64,000 bases of DNA from Gracilinanus agilis (GCF_016433145.1 NC_058132.1:134852425-134916424), one strand, 5' to 3'; shown: positions 1-11,730, counted from the stretch's first letter. Notes: generated by a model from the sequence alone, not told the origin. Made by a program: numbers and translations.

Positions 1-565
1 ACTACCTTTTTCCCACCTTCTGACTCTGCAAAGAGTTACTTTGGCCCTCAGCAAAGCTGAGGCTGTACTAACTCCCTCACTATCTTGTTTGCCTGTCTAA
101 TTTAATTTTCCTAGGCTAAGCCCTCATTGTTATAGACTCTAATGAAAGTTACAGATGGTAGCGGAGTCAGGTACAGGTGCCACACATAACCTAGTCACCT
201 AGGTGAGGCTAATGCCAACCAAAGGCAACTAAGCAATTCAGGTCACCGTCTCTGGTAATTCCTGCTTGAGACTTCTCCAGATGTTGTAACAGAGTATGGG
301 GTCAAAAAGATGTTCAAGAACTAGTTGGATTCTCTTAGGAACAAGTTGAAGGTCAATAGGAGGCATGAGCTGGGTTTTGGAGATGTTTTCTTCTCCAGAG
401 TCCAAACCCAATTCCTTGATGGCAGTTACCTTCCTTAGAATTCTAACTCAGGATCCTGAGAGCTTCCCCTGCACTTCCTGGTTCCCTTCATTCCATCAAC
501 TCGGTATCTTCACTCTGGTTCATTTCCTACTTCCCAAATTCCCATCTATCAGTATGCTGCAGTGA
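1..565 (-). mobile_element. Possible LTR-derived fragment running off the window start
   Basis: Non-SINE/LINE sequence with LTR-like composition and no splice-bounded ORF; family not recognised. Confidence 0.25.
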
Positions 566-576
566 AAATAGAGTCT

Positions 577-608
577 CTTTTTTAATCCTTATCTATTGTT
601 TAGAATCA

Positions 609-664
<56 letters not shown>

Positions 665-815
665 CGCCAGAAGAGCAGTAAGGTTTAGGCAATGGGGGTT
701 TATGTGAGTTGTCCAAGGTCACACAGTTAGGAAGAGTGTGAAGTCAGATTTGAAATCAAAACCTCTCATTTCCAGGTCCAGCAGCTCTCTATCTACTGAA
801 CCACCTTAGTGCTCC
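577..815 (-). mobile_element. Opossum SINE1-type element containing a (TC)n expansion at 611-661
   Basis: Reverse complement matches the SINE1 pattern (head GGAGCACTAAGGTGGTTCAGTAG, core CTTCCTAACTGTGTGACCTTGGACAA, tail ATTGATTCTAAAC..GATAAGG-polyA). Confidence 0.85.
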
Positions 816-914
816 TATAGTCTTTTTTTTAAGCTAGCAGTAGAAATATGAGTATTGCCTTCTGAAATACCCTCTTATGATTTTTGATAGAGTAAAACTT
901 AGAGCCACATATAG

Positions 915-1035
915 TTTGTGTGGTAAAATTTAGGCTAAGACTTTTACAATGAGATTGAATGAGATAATACTTGTAAAAGGTGCTTAGCATAGGGTCTGGC
1001 ACATAATAGATGCTTTATAAATGCTTATTCCTTTT
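915..1035 (+). mobile_element. MIR 3' part with L2-type tail
   Basis: GAGATAATACTTGTAAAAGGTGCTTAGCATAGGGTCTGGCACATAATAAG..AAATGCTTATT. Confidence 0.75.
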
Positions 1036-1154
1036 GTCCTGCCCCTCTTTTAGAGTGACATTAGGAATATGCAAAAGTCTTATACTTATCCTTTACTTCA
1101 GTAAATAACATAAATATAGATGTGGGGGTCTGCAACTCTGTGTGCAATGTGTTA

Positions 1155-1180
1155 TGTGTGTGTGTGTGTGTGTGTGTGTG
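1155..1180. repeat. (TG)n microsatellite
   Basis: Direct reading. Confidence 0.95.
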
Positions 1181-1688
1181 TTCCCACAGTATGACATCAC
1201 TTGAAAATAAACTAATGTAAAAGTTAGGAATCTTGCCAAATGGAGATTTTCTCCTTTATGCTAAATCAACCTCACCGAAAGATTTCTAGGCAAGATTTCA
1301 AAGGTCAAATAAATCTTACATCAGATTTCATAATATCTGAGAAATGATAAGACATATGAAAGGATAGGGAGATATTTTATGTCAGAAAATCTGAGTTCCT
1401 AACTTAGAAGTTTTAGAATAATGTGTTTTATAATCTTATACAAACCAGGAAACAAACTTGAGGCTAAGTGGGAAAATGAAAGACTACTCAGGGGTAAGAC
1501 TTTAATAAGTGGGAAATGTCTAATCCAGCTTATAAAACCCACATGGAACAAATGAGAGTTCTGTTCTTTAGCTTGTACTTTAGTACTAGCATCTGTTATT
1601 CTCTATTTTCTTTGAACTCATCTTCTACAATTCTGTAACTCGGACATTGTGGTGTCTGTGATATTTTACTCTGGGCAGTTTCTCCCAG

Positions 1689-1835
1689 GCACAATGCCCC
1701 AAATACCAGCTACTGGCTTAGATAACCAAAGCTTCATTCTTGTTAGAACAGATGTGACATTCTCACTCTATGTTGTGAACCAAGTGGGTTTAGGCAGAAC
1801 AGCTGTTTTACTTCTCAAAACCACAAATGAAGAAA
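1689..1835 (+). CDS. Candidate coding exon (phase 1-1) with weak fibronectin type III-like pattern
   Basis: tttctcccag|GCACAATG...GAAGAAA|gtatgt; only one open frame: GTMPQIPATGLDNQSFILVRTDVTFSLYVVNQVGLGRTAVLLLKTTNEE. The F-x-L-x-x-V-N-x-x-G-x-G segment resembles an FN3 F-G strand. Gene not identified. Confidence 0.35.
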
Positions 1836-2029
1836 GTATGTTTACTGTTCCTGACTACATTCCCTTGTCCTTGCCACCTGCTATTAGTGAAACTAGACCA
1901 CAGACACAGAAAAAAGCAGAGTGTCAGTGGGACAGCAGATATGATTCTTGGGAAACAACTCCAGCCCAAGTCCTAAGAGTGGAAAGACAAGAAAAGGGAA
2001 ATATATATGTATTTTGTATGTATTTGTTG

Positions 2030-2190
2030 TTATTCAGCTGTTTCAGTCATGTCTTACTCTTTGTGACTCCATTTGAGGTTTTCTTGGTAAAGATGTTGGA
2101 GTGGTCTGCCATTTCCTTCTCCAGCTCATTTTTCAGATGAGGAAACTGAGCAAAAAGGGCTAAGTGACTTGCCTAAGGTCACATAACTAG
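2030..2190 (-). mobile_element. MAR1-type marsupial SINE (partial)
   Basis: TCAGTCATGTCTTACTCTTTGTGACTCCATTTGAGGTTTTCTTGGTAAAGATGTTGGAGTGGTCTGCCATTTCCTTCTCCAGCTC is the RTE-like tail joined to a MIR core. Confidence 0.85.
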
Positions 2191-3063
2191 TTTTATATTC
2201 ATACATATATATTCTAGAGAAGCACCTTTGAGTTTAAAGAGAAAGGAAAGCTTCTAGTGAAATGCTATCAAGATCAATTGCTTTAATTTGAAGACACAGA
2301 CTGTCCACCATGCTTAAAATATACTCTTTCACCTAATCTGGAGGTCGAATTCTCCCTTTCTGCATTGTTAGCTACTAAAGGCCAGGCCTACATTATATCT
2401 TATTTACTTTGTATTTCCCACAGGTTCTATTGTTTCTTCATAGAAGTCTCTAACTAAACTTTCTTTATAATTGATTTCCTTTGTGCCTAATGTCACATTT
2501 ATTGCAAAAAAATTAGAGACAACTTGTTTTATTAACTCTTCTTGTTTGTTCTATATATAACCTGGGAAAAGGTAGTAGATTAAATATATATAGCGGTGAA
2601 AGGTAGTAGTTTAAAAATATATATTTTGAAACAGTGGATTGAGAGTCAAGAGACTTGAATTTTAGTCTAAGTTCTATTCCTCATTTCCTGTATGACTGGA
2701 TCCAAGAAAGGTCATTCATTGCTACCTTTTATTCAGGAGAATTTGTGTATCTTGTGTCTTTAGGATTATTGTTAATGATCATTTTTTCCAATTTCCAGCT
2801 TTAGTGCATTTCTATGTTTGTCCTGAGTGAAGAATTTCCCTCCAAATTCATGTACTTGTATGAATTAAAGAGCTCCCCAAGAAAAAGTTTTATTTTTTTT
2901 TAATGGGATTCAGCATGCCAAGGGTCCAGTTCTGCTCTTAACTACCTGTGTGACCTTTTACAAATGACTTTGCCTCTCTTGGCCTCAGTTTCCTCAGAGT
3001 TGGGTTGAGGTCTCAGTCCCTTCTAGCTCTAGCACTGTGATCCTATGAGTAGCTGCTAAATAC

Positions 3064-3108
3064 CTTTTCAACAGAGACCTTTCAGTAGCATTAAGCAAAC
3101 AGCGGTAA
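3064..3108 (-). other. Candidate 45-nt exon
   Basis: tgtatttgaag|TTACCG...GAAAAG|gtattt; weak acceptor. Confidence 0.2.
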
Positions 3109-3483
3109 CTTCAAATACAGATGCCAATTTACATATATGGAAATATGTGAAAGCACATATATACACAAACATACACCCACAGATGCATCATTTGAGTCAA
3201 TGTCATTAAGTCACTTTATCACCTGAATCGGTATTTTCACAAGCTAGGGACTTTGCCATATTTAACTCATATTTATGTCTGAGCATGCCCTTGTCATCTT
3301 TTTTAAAATGGAGTGGGAGAAGATAATCTACTCTAGGGTTGAGCCTCTGAATAATGCTTAAATCTGATGCTCAAATACATTTAGGCATAACCCAGTGAGT
3401 AGATAAACCTCTATAATGTAGCAAAAATAACTCTAAGTATGAGTAAATCACAGTAAGAATTCCGTCATTGTATTACAGCTTAC

Positions 3484-3507
3484 ATTAAAATGAAAATGGT
3501 CGATTCT
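3484..3507 (-). other. Candidate 24-nt micro-exon
   Basis: cctaat branch-like motif, then cgtgttgtctcctctag|AGAATCGACCATTTTCATTTTAAT|gtaagc; reads RIDHFHFN in phase 0. Confidence 0.4.
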
Positions 3508-3619
3508 CTAGAGGAGACAACACGATGCTGGCATATTAGGTGACGTCTCCAACTAAGATTCAGGAAATTGTATCATAGTAATGGGAAAACCCAATGCTTA
3601 GTATTCAAAATAGGCAATT

Positions 3620-4110
3620 GTAAATATTTATTAAGCACTTACTATGTGCCAGGCACTGTATTGGAGACATAAACATTAAAAAGAAAGAAAGGTCCTGCCT
3701 CCAAGGAGCTGAAAATCTAAGGGAAGACAACACAGGAGAGAAAGCTGAAAGGGATGGGAAAAGGAAGGGCATGATGGGAAAGTCAAAGAAGTCTCAAAAT
3801 AGTATGGACAGGTGGGAAATGAAGGGATGTTCTGAGCTGAGTGCTCTCCTTAAATGAAGGTTTGGGAGTTTATGGTGGTGTCTTCCAGTCAGAGAGGCAG
3901 AGGCCAATGATGAGGATTTATACTCCTCTGATTCAGTCTTGCAGGATGATGCGGTTTCCCAATGGTGTGATTCCTGGGTTATGGTAGAGAAGTGAGAGAA
4001 GCCCAAAACCAGTACAGTCAGGTGGTGTTGCTTCCCAGAGATCTCAAAGCACATAAAATGATTTGTAAAGCAGAAAAGTGATGTCAAGGCCAGTGGGTTA
4101 TTGCTGAAAA
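3620..4110 (-). mobile_element. L2 LINE 3' fragment
   Basis: AAATATTTATTAAGCACTTACTATGTGCCAGGCACTG followed by a purine-rich L2 antisense body. Confidence 0.75.
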
Positions 4111-4404
4111 ACACGAGGGTTTGATTTTAGAGAGAAGTGTTGGAAAAGGATACAATTGTCCCAAATGGCTATAGTTGCCCCTCTATGCATAGAAGCCCAG
4201 GATATGTTATCATCTTTGGTCATGAGGCTCATTTCTAAAGTTTTCATGTTCATTTTTTCCCACTGGGCTTGTGATTAATCATTGTGGAGAACTCCCTATC
4301 CTGAAATTTCCTTCACTAATATATACCAGAAATTCTCTAATTACAATTTTAGATAATTTCTAATGGCCCTGGGACATAAGGTGATTTGTCCAGTCACATA
4401 GCTC

Positions 4405-4644
4405 TTTGTTATTATTTAGTTGTTTCAGTTGTGTCTGACTCTTTGTGACCCTATTTGGGGTCTGCTTGGCAAAAATACTGGAGTGATTTGCCATTTCCTT
4501 CTCCAGCTCATTTTACAGAGGAGGAAACTGAGTCAAACTGTCATTAAGTAACTTGTACAGGTTCACATAACCTGTAAGTGTCTGAAGCTCAGGTCTTCCT
4601 GACTCCCAGCCTGGAACTATATCCACTGGACCACCCAGCTGCCT
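4405..4644 (-). mobile_element. MAR1-type SINE nested in a MIR
   Basis: Full MAR1 antisense from TTGTTATTATTTAGTTGTTTCAGTTGTGTCTGACTC to CCACCCAGCTGCC, flanked by MIR halves. Confidence 0.85.
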
Positions 4645-5121
4645 ACACAGAGCTAGTATGTATCAAGAGCAGGACATGATCTCAGCTCTCATGACCTCAA
4701 AACCAGTGCTCTATCCTCTATCCATTTCTCATCTTTGTTCTAAAGGCCAAGAATTTCTTCCCATTGCCATAATGACTGATATAGAGATACAATCCTATCT
4801 TTAAAAAATTAATGGGTGCATGTTTAATATTTGCACCATAATTCAGCAAGGGGTTGACATATTATTTCAATCATTCCAAAATAGTTCCAAAAACTAGGCT
4901 TCCATATGGTACATTTCAATTATTTAAAGTCAAGCTACTGAATTAGGATTATTAAATCTAAAATTACACTCTCCACGTTTAATTACTTATATATGCATGA
5001 AAACTCAGGTTTTTTTAGCCATAATATAAAATTGGATCTTGGCACACAGAAGCAGAAATTTATGAAAAAGTCAGTGGCTTCAGGGGGAATAAGAGCTTTT
5101 TGAAATTCTTCTTCCTATTAC

Positions 5122-5196
5122 CTTTTCATAATCTCTAAAAATGTAACATTTAAACTGCCATTTTGGATATAAACTCGTATCTTCATGATTGTGAAT
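5122..5196 (-). other. Candidate 75-nt exon
   Basis: ctattttaatag|ATTCAC...GAAAAG|gtaata; open in phase 0 (IHNHEDTSLYPKWQFKCYIFRDYEK) and in phase 2. Confidence 0.3.
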
Positions 5197-5711
5197 CTAT
5201 TAAAATAGCCATTTGGAGAAAACATCCACAGGGTTTCCAAAGGTACCCTGATCTACTTAGCAAAGCCCATCTGGGAACCAGGAACCCTAGTTGCTTTTTA
5301 TAGACCTTCTCTCATAGACTGAATCACTGTGGACTAATCATTTTGCTATGAGGGACAATAATAGACTTTGTTTCCTGTAAAAGTCAACAGGATAGTCTGC
5401 AAATTAAGTAATATTAATAGGGCATTTAGGAGGGTGAGTGAGAAATTCAAAACAAACTTCCTGAAATAGAAATGCTTTTCTTGACTGTGTATTTGTCTTG
5501 AATATTGAGGAACTTTGTTCTAGTCTGAAAAATTCATAGATACATGAATTTCTTTCACAGATTGTATTCAGCATTACACACACACACAGAGAATCCATGA
5601 GCTAAAGAAGAGAAGACTAAAAGGAGAAACTGATACTAATACCAGAATTTGTCCAGTGCTATTATCTTTGTTATAAACACACACACACTCACACACACAC
5701 ACACACACATA

Positions 5712-5962
5712 TGTGTGCCTCAGTGGATAGAATGCTAGACCTGGAATTAGGAAGATTTATCTTCATGAATTCAAATCTGGCCTCAGACACATCCTGACTG
5801 TGTGACCCTGGGCAAGCCACTTAACTCCATTTGCCTCAGCTTCCTCATCTGGAAAATCAGCTAGAAAAGGAAAAAGGCAAACTATTCCAATATCTTTGCC
5901 AAGAAAATCCAAAATAGCATCATAAAGAGCCAGACACAACTGAGGATGACTGAACAACAACA
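5712..5962 (+). mobile_element. MAR1-type SINE
   Basis: CAGTGGATAGAATGCTAGACCTGGA...GGCAAGCCACTTAAC...ACTGAACAACAAC tail. Confidence 0.9.
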
Positions 5963-6061
5963 AAAACTATCTTTATTCTGTGCTTGTACTGAACATATTT
6001 CACTTGAGCTATCCATAACTAAAAGAAATTTTGGACAGTTGTTTATATTTATTGTACTACT

Positions 6062-6332
6062 CAATTTCAAAAACATAAGAAAAACAGCTAGCATTTATAT
6101 AGCCCTTTAAGGTTTGTAAAGTACTTTACCTATATTATCTCATTTGATTCTCACAACAACCCTGGGAGGAAGGTGCTCTTATTATTAGCATTTTGCTTTT
6201 GGGGAAACTGAGTTTAAAAGGGGTTGAGTGACTTGCCCAGAGTCAAAGAGCAAGTGTCTGAGGCAGGATTCAAACTCAGTCAGGTCTTCTTTCTGATTTC
6301 CGGTCTAATGCTCTGTTCATTGCTCTACCTAA
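6062..6332 (-). mobile_element. MIR SINE
   Basis: GCATTTATATAGCCCTTTAAGGTTTGTAAAG...GGGAAACTGAG...GACTTGCCCAG. Confidence 0.85.
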
Positions 6333-6344
6333 GCTGTTCATTAG

Positions 6345-6459
6345 ATTATTGCTGCTATGGTAATCTTTCACAAAGTGATTGGTGGCTAATGACTAATAAA
6401 AGAAACCCAATCGGACTATTTTGGAGCAATGTGATTTCATTGTACAAGGAACTTTCTAG
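6345..6459 (+). other. Candidate exon (phase 1-2)
   Basis: ctgttcattag|ATTATTG...TTCTAG|gtagaa; single open frame YCCYGNLSQSDWWLMTNKRNPIGLFWSNVISLYKELS; modest splice signals. Confidence 0.2.
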
Positions 6460-6689
6460 GTAGAAACTCTTTTCATAGTCACATACTAGCAACTCATCAG
6501 TAATTAAGGTTAACCTGATCTCCATTATGCTGCTCCGATGAAGAGATATGGTTTTAAAATGCATGTCTTTATTTCCTTTAGATAAATGCAAATTGTATGC
6601 TTGGAAGAGGCAATGATCTCAAAAAAAGGGCCTTTTTTTAAGAGTAAACCTTTACGAGGAAGAATTTTTTAATCATTCTCTTCTCCTAG

Positions 6690-6811
6690 AGTTTGGGCAG
6701 TGGTGAGAATGATCCATTTTTCAATAGTGCAGAAGTGCTTACAAATATTATCTGACATGGATAGACAGCCTTTTATACTCATTGTTCCATACCTAAAATC
6801 CAAAGAAGATG
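6690..6811 (+). other. Candidate exon (phase 2-1)
   Basis: ttctcttctcctag|AGTTTGG...GAAGATG|gtatga; single open frame VWAVVRMIHFSIVQKCLQILSDMDRQPFILIVPYLKSKED. Confidence 0.3.
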
Positions 6812-7301
6812 GTATGAAGACACACACAACCCACAGATAAACCAGTCTTATAAATTGGCACCACCTCATGGATGATTAATGCACAATACATATTGGATTC
6901 TGAGTGTGGATGTGATAAATTGGGATGACTAGAAAAGCCAGGTTTGAGTGTGGGAGGTGCTGTTATTAAATATTTATATAACACTGCTATGCAATCAGTG
7001 TAATTGTGCCAAACATATAAAGTCCCTGCCCTAAGGAGTTTGCAGTAGGGAGTCATGTTGCTTATTTTGGGTATGTTTGTTCTCTCATTCCATCAAATAA
7101 AGATCTACTTCAATCCACGAAAGAATCTGCATTTTAATATGATTAAGATGTAGCAAGTTTTTCTTTGAAAAAAGTTATAAATACCTCTTACTGTCAACAT
7201 TTTTAGAACTTAACTATGAATTCTTGGGCTTTTTGTTGTTTGCTTCTTTTGTCTGTGTCTCTCTTTACCCTTTCTTCTTATAACACATTCTGTTTTTTCA
7301 G

Positions 7302-7520
7302 GTATCAGGCACAATTGTTAAAAGCTCTGCCATTACAAAATGGTCTCCAAACACCAGAAGTAAAGGAATGGCATCAGAGAACTAGAATTTCATAACCAAG
7401 AAGAAGCTGCTGTATAAAAGGAGCTATTTGTGCTCTGTAGAAACAAAGTGAAAAAATGTAAAAAATTATGTGATTGAATTAACATCTGAAGATTTCTGTA
7501 TTGGGACGATTGTTCATACT
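7302..7520 (+). other. Candidate terminal or non-coding exon
   Basis: Long polypyrimidine tract ending ttttttcag|GTATC; stops in all frames by 7395; donor-like ACT|gtaagt at 7521; T-rich UTR-like sequence follows. Confidence 0.3.
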
Positions 7521-7952
7521 GTAAGTGCCTAAAGGGAAAAGGTTAAAGTCTCAGGCAATTGCATTACTCAGAATGGAAGGTAATAAGATCACTCACTAAG
7601 GGTTGCAAACTAGCTCCCCAAACTCCCCCCCCACCTTATCCCAATCCCAGAAGGGAACCTCCAACAAAGACCATTTTTTTTCTTGGTGTTTAATTCATTT
7701 GGTCCTACATTGTTAATTATTTAGGGTTTAATGTAAGATGCTATTTCTAATTTTGTGTTTTTAGTTGATGATTTTTCTTTGTTAATGGTTATTAAGCTTA
7801 TGCTAATTTTAATGAAACTGCTTTTTTTGTATTTAAATGGAATTTAAAAATATTCAGGAAAAAAGTCTGGCCCTTTAAAAATAAGAATCAGACAGTCGAG
7901 GTTGTAAAAATGACTGAAGTTGTCATTTTAAAGAGTAACATTCAGCCATTAC

Positions 7953-7996
7953 CTGAAAACTATTACATACGTAGGAGGAGCCACAAAGTGAATCAT
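7953..7996 (-). other. Candidate 44-nt exon
   Basis: ttttcatgctttacgttattccttacag|ATGATTC...TTTCAG|gtaatg; strong sites on both sides. Confidence 0.4.
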
Positions 7997-8571
7997 CTGT
8001 AAGGAATAACGTAAAGCATGAAAAGAGTAATTTTTTCCTGGTTGGAGTAACATCCTTGTTGAAGGGAGATGTTTGAATGTGAGACTGTAGGCTTTTCTTT
8101 TTCCTTAGCCACTGAGGGATTGGGGAAAAACAAGTCTTAGAAGAGAAAGGAAGTCCTTTTGGTCTAAAAAGAAGCCCAGAAAGATAGTTTTTTTGGAGCC
8201 ACATAAAGAAGCTATTTTAATAATTGAGAAATGATTATGAAGTATCTTGTATTACCTAGATATTTACATGTTGGCTCTGTCATTAGAATATCTTTTGAGA
8301 ATGGGGATTATGGGATTTGATGTTTAATTCTTTGTTTTTTGGCATTCATAGCACTTAGCACAGTGCCCGGCACATAGTAAATACTTTATAAATGCTTGTC
8401 GAATGACTAACTGATTAAGAATAGAAATAATTATGTGGAGAGCTGTGAGGGTTCAACATGGAGCAATGCAGTTATAGCTTTGGGCTCAGAGAAATGGGAG
8501 GTTTAAAAAGCAAATGACAGTTGTTTTTTTTCTGGAAGTGAATAAGCATTTGAGGGGTTTAATGCTTTTAC

Positions 8572-8627
8572 CAGCACAGGCAAGAAGCGATAGATATATA
8601 AGACTTAGGGTAGAAGTTAAAGGTCTT
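8572..8627 (-). other. Candidate 56-nt exon
   Basis: tttcctgctttgttttacag|AAGACC...GTGCTG|gtaaaa. Confidence 0.35.
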
Positions 8628-8689
8628 CTGTAAAACAAAGCAGGAAATTTGAGGTTAATTTAAACAGTAACTGAGAACAGTTGAGATAC

Positions 8690-9180
8690 TTCAACTCAAT
8701 TCAACAAACATTTACTAAGATCTTGCTACATTCAATGTGTTAATGCTAGCTGCTAGATACAGAGGCAAAATAAGACAGTCTTTGAGCCCAAGGAACTTAT
8801 AACTTAGGAGACAGATAAGACAAGACAAATAACCAGTACATAAATTTTAATTAATTTAATTTAACCAGTATATTAGTGGAACCAAAGAGTGATTCAAGGA
8901 GAGAGTGAACACAATTATCTAGATAGCATCTGAGGGGCAGAGAGGAAGAGGAATAAGAAAGACTTCATGGAAAAAGTGGACCATTAGGTTGGAATTTTCT
9001 GAGAAGATCATTCTGGGCATGTAGATACAGCATGCAAAAAACATACACATGGGAAGGAGAGAGACCAAGGTTGAGAATGAAGAATAATTTAGTTTGGCTG
9101 AAATGTGAAATACATGAATGGGGGTAATGTGTGATAAGTCTGAAGAGGTATGCCAGAAGCCGGATTATGGAAAATCTCCT
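8690..9180 (-). mobile_element. L2 LINE fragment
   Basis: TCAATTCAACAAACATTTACTAAG... L2 3' end antisense and purine-rich body. Confidence 0.75.
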
Positions 9181-9261
9181 CGTGGTTCTACTGTGTATTA
9201 AGTAGTTTAATATATTTGCCTTGTATTATAATAAACTAGTACATCACAATATGGATTATAT

Positions 9262-9510
9262 AGGCTGCTGGGTGGCACAGTGGTTGGAGTTCCAGCCCTG
9301 GAGTCGAGAACACTCATTCTTCTGAGTTGAAATCTGACTTTAGACACTTATTAGGTAAATGACCTTGGGCAAGTCACTTAATCCTTCTGGCTTTGGTTTC
9401 CTTATCTGTAAAATGAGCTGGAGAAGAAAATGGCAAATCACTATAGTATCCTTGTCAAGAAAACTCCAAATGGGGCCATGACAAGTTGGATATGCCTAAA
9501 ACAACTGAAA
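9262..9510 (+). mobile_element. MAR1-type SINE
   Basis: GGCTGCTGGGTGGCACAGTGG...GGAGAAGAAAATGGCAAATC...ACAACTGAA. Confidence 0.9.
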
Positions 9511-9744
9511 AAATATTACATATATTAAATAGTTGAATGTATTGTGTTGCATTATACTTTATTAACATAACATTCTGTAGTAAGGGGTTTATGTAAGATG
9601 GTATTCCTTATTTTGTAAGTATATTTGGTCATTTGTCTTTTTGGTTGCAAAATTCAATATTTATTAAATAATAGGATGAAAAGTTTGTATTTTATTTATT
9701 AAGCTGTGGGGAGCAACTTACTTTAAATAGGAGAGTGATAAGTT

Positions 9745-10490
9745 ATATTCACTAAAGGGCCTTTGAACAAAGAACTAAAAATTAATTTGAGACAAAATAA
9801 GTTAGTCCTAAAAAAACCCGGTGGGACAAAGAATTACAGAAACAATAGAAAATTTCTTCAAAGAAAATTACAATAATGAGACAATGTACCAAAACTTATG
9901 GGATGAGGCCAAAGCCTTCTTTAGAGGAATATTTTCATCTCTAAATGTTTCACCAACAAAAGAAACGGAAGAACTGGGCACACAATTAAAAAGAAATAAA
10001 AACAATAAATTAACAATCTACAATTAAACAGTGGAGTAGAAATTCCAAAAATCAAAGAAGGAATTTAAAAAATCGAAAGTAACCCACCCCTAAATTGATT
10101 AGATACATAATATTAAAGTATAGTTTGAAGAACCTAACAAGCTATTAGCTAGCATAATTTTAAAAAAGAGAACAGAAAGCCAAATTGTATCCAAAATGAA
10201 AAAGAGAATTCAAAACACTTGGAGAGGTAAATTCATAGAAACCATCTTACCTAATTATATAATAGCCAAATTTAGAGAAAATGGGTAAATATTTACAAAA
10301 ATACAAAGTTTCCAGAATAAAAAAAAAGAATAAATCATTTAAATATTAGTATTAGAAAAATAAATTGAATGAGCTAGAAATGAATCGTCTTCCCCAAAAC
10401 TTCAGATCAGATGAATTTAGGAATGAATTCCAATGAACATTCAAAGAAAAATTAATTTCAATATTATTTTAACTATTTGCAAAAATGACC
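9745..10490 (+). mobile_element. Old L1 ORF2 fragment (region after the endonuclease)
   Basis: Translates to ITETIENFFKENYNNETMYQNLWDEAKAFFRG, matching the L1 ORF2 motif TTYQNLWDAAKAVLRG; degraded downstream. Confidence 0.85.
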
Positions 10491-10689
10491 TGGTCAGATC
10501 TACTCTACAATAAGATGGATGCTAAAGAAGGAGATACTAATTAAATAGTGAAATCAAGAAAGAGGGAATGAATACCTGAGTGAGGGTGATAATAGAGGGA
10601 GCGAAAAGGAGCTTGAATATGAGAAGAAATGTATAGGGCATGGTGAGTGACTAGTAATAAGGGATAAATGAGAGAACTAATAATTGGAA

Positions 10690-11730
10690 GGAACTTCACA
10701 GGTTATTTGATTACACCCTAATTAAACAAGATCTTCTCTATAATATACCTAACAAATGGTCATCTTTCTTTGCTTGAAGATACTCTACCTCCTGAGGTAC
10801 TCTGTCTTCTCCTTGCCCTTAAAAAGTGATACCCAATGAAAGAAGGGGAGAGTAATGAATGCTGGAGGGGGATGTGGCAAAATTGGGACATTAATACATT
10901 GCTGGTGGAGTTGTGAAATGATACAACCATTCTGGCTGGCAATATGGAACTATGCTCAAAAGGCTATAAAAGAATGCCTGCCCTTGGATCCAGCCATACC
11001 ATTATTGGGTTTATACCCCAAAGAGATCATTAATAAACAGACTTGTACGAAAATATAGCTCTGCTTTTTGTGGTGGCAAAGAACTGGAAAAGGAGGGTAT
11101 GTCCTTCAATTGGGGAATGGCTGAACAAATTGTGGTATATGCTGGTGATGGAATACTATTGTGCTAAAAGGAATAATAAACTGGAGGAGTTCCAGGTGAA
11201 CTGGAAAGACCTCCAGGAACTGATGCAGAGCGAAAGGAGCAGAGCCAGAAGAACATTGTACACAGAGACTGATATACTGTGGTAAAATCAAATGTAATGG
11301 ACTTATGTACCAGCAGCAATGCAATGACACAAGACAGTTCTGAGGGATTTATGGTAAAGATGCTACCCACATTCAGAGGAAGGACTGCTGGAGAGGAAAC
11401 ATAGAAGATAAACAATTGCTTGAACGCATGGGTTGAGGCAGACATGATTGGGGATGTAGACTCGAAACGACCACACCAATGCAACTAACAACAATTTGGA
11501 AATAGGCCCTGAACAAGGACACACATTACAACCAGCGGAAATTTGCATCGGCCATGGGTGGGGGGAGATCGGGGGGTGAAGGGGAAAGTAGGGGCATGAA
11601 GCATGTAAACATGTTAAAAATGAATATTAATAAATGTTTTAAAAAAAGTGATACCCAGAACTGAATATAGTATTTAAGAATGATGCCTGATCAGAGTATG
11701 GTAGACTATCACCTCTTTGGTTCTGGATAT
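10690..11730 (-). mobile_element. L3/CR1 3' fragment split by the young L1 at 10836-11642
   Basis: Flanks join to CCCAGAACTGAATATAGTA...GACTATCACCTC, typical L3 antisense. Confidence 0.55.
10836..11642 (+). mobile_element. Young 5'-truncated L1 (ORF2 C-terminus plus 3' UTR) with 15-bp TSD
   Basis: TSD AAAAAGTGATACCCA at 10821-10835 and 11643-11657 at a TT/AAAA site. ORF2 C-terminus CGKIGTLIHCWWSCEMIQPFW...CPSIGEWLNKLWY...DLQELMQSERSR has one frameshift near 11055. Confidence 0.95.

Noticed and set aside
1613-1835. Resemblance of the FN3-like exon to an Eph receptor FN3 exon (P.TGL.N...TF...VN.V...TTN)
   Set aside because: Upstream sequence lacks the conserved Eph FN3 core and hits a stop at 1613, so no gene symbol was assigned.
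3484-5196. DYEKRIDHFHFN resembles the prolylcarboxypeptidase/DPP7 motif QKVDHFGFN or a dibasic neuropeptide site
   Set aside because: Short motif with no flanking similarity; probably coincidental.
6345-6459. DWWL...GLF.SN looks like the second half of an SH3 domain
   Set aside because: The invariant Pro and NY are missing and no first half of the domain is present.
6512-6792. Extra minus-strand exon-like pieces (about 6743-6792 and 6512-6572)
   Set aside because: Joining them creates in-frame stops and one donor is weak; they also overlap plus-strand candidates.
9722-9774. 53-nt minus exon candidate as an independent feature
   Set aside because: It overlaps the 5' edge of the L1 ORF2 fragment (KGPL.KELKIN), so the splice signals may be incidental; kept only as a caveat in the chain finding.
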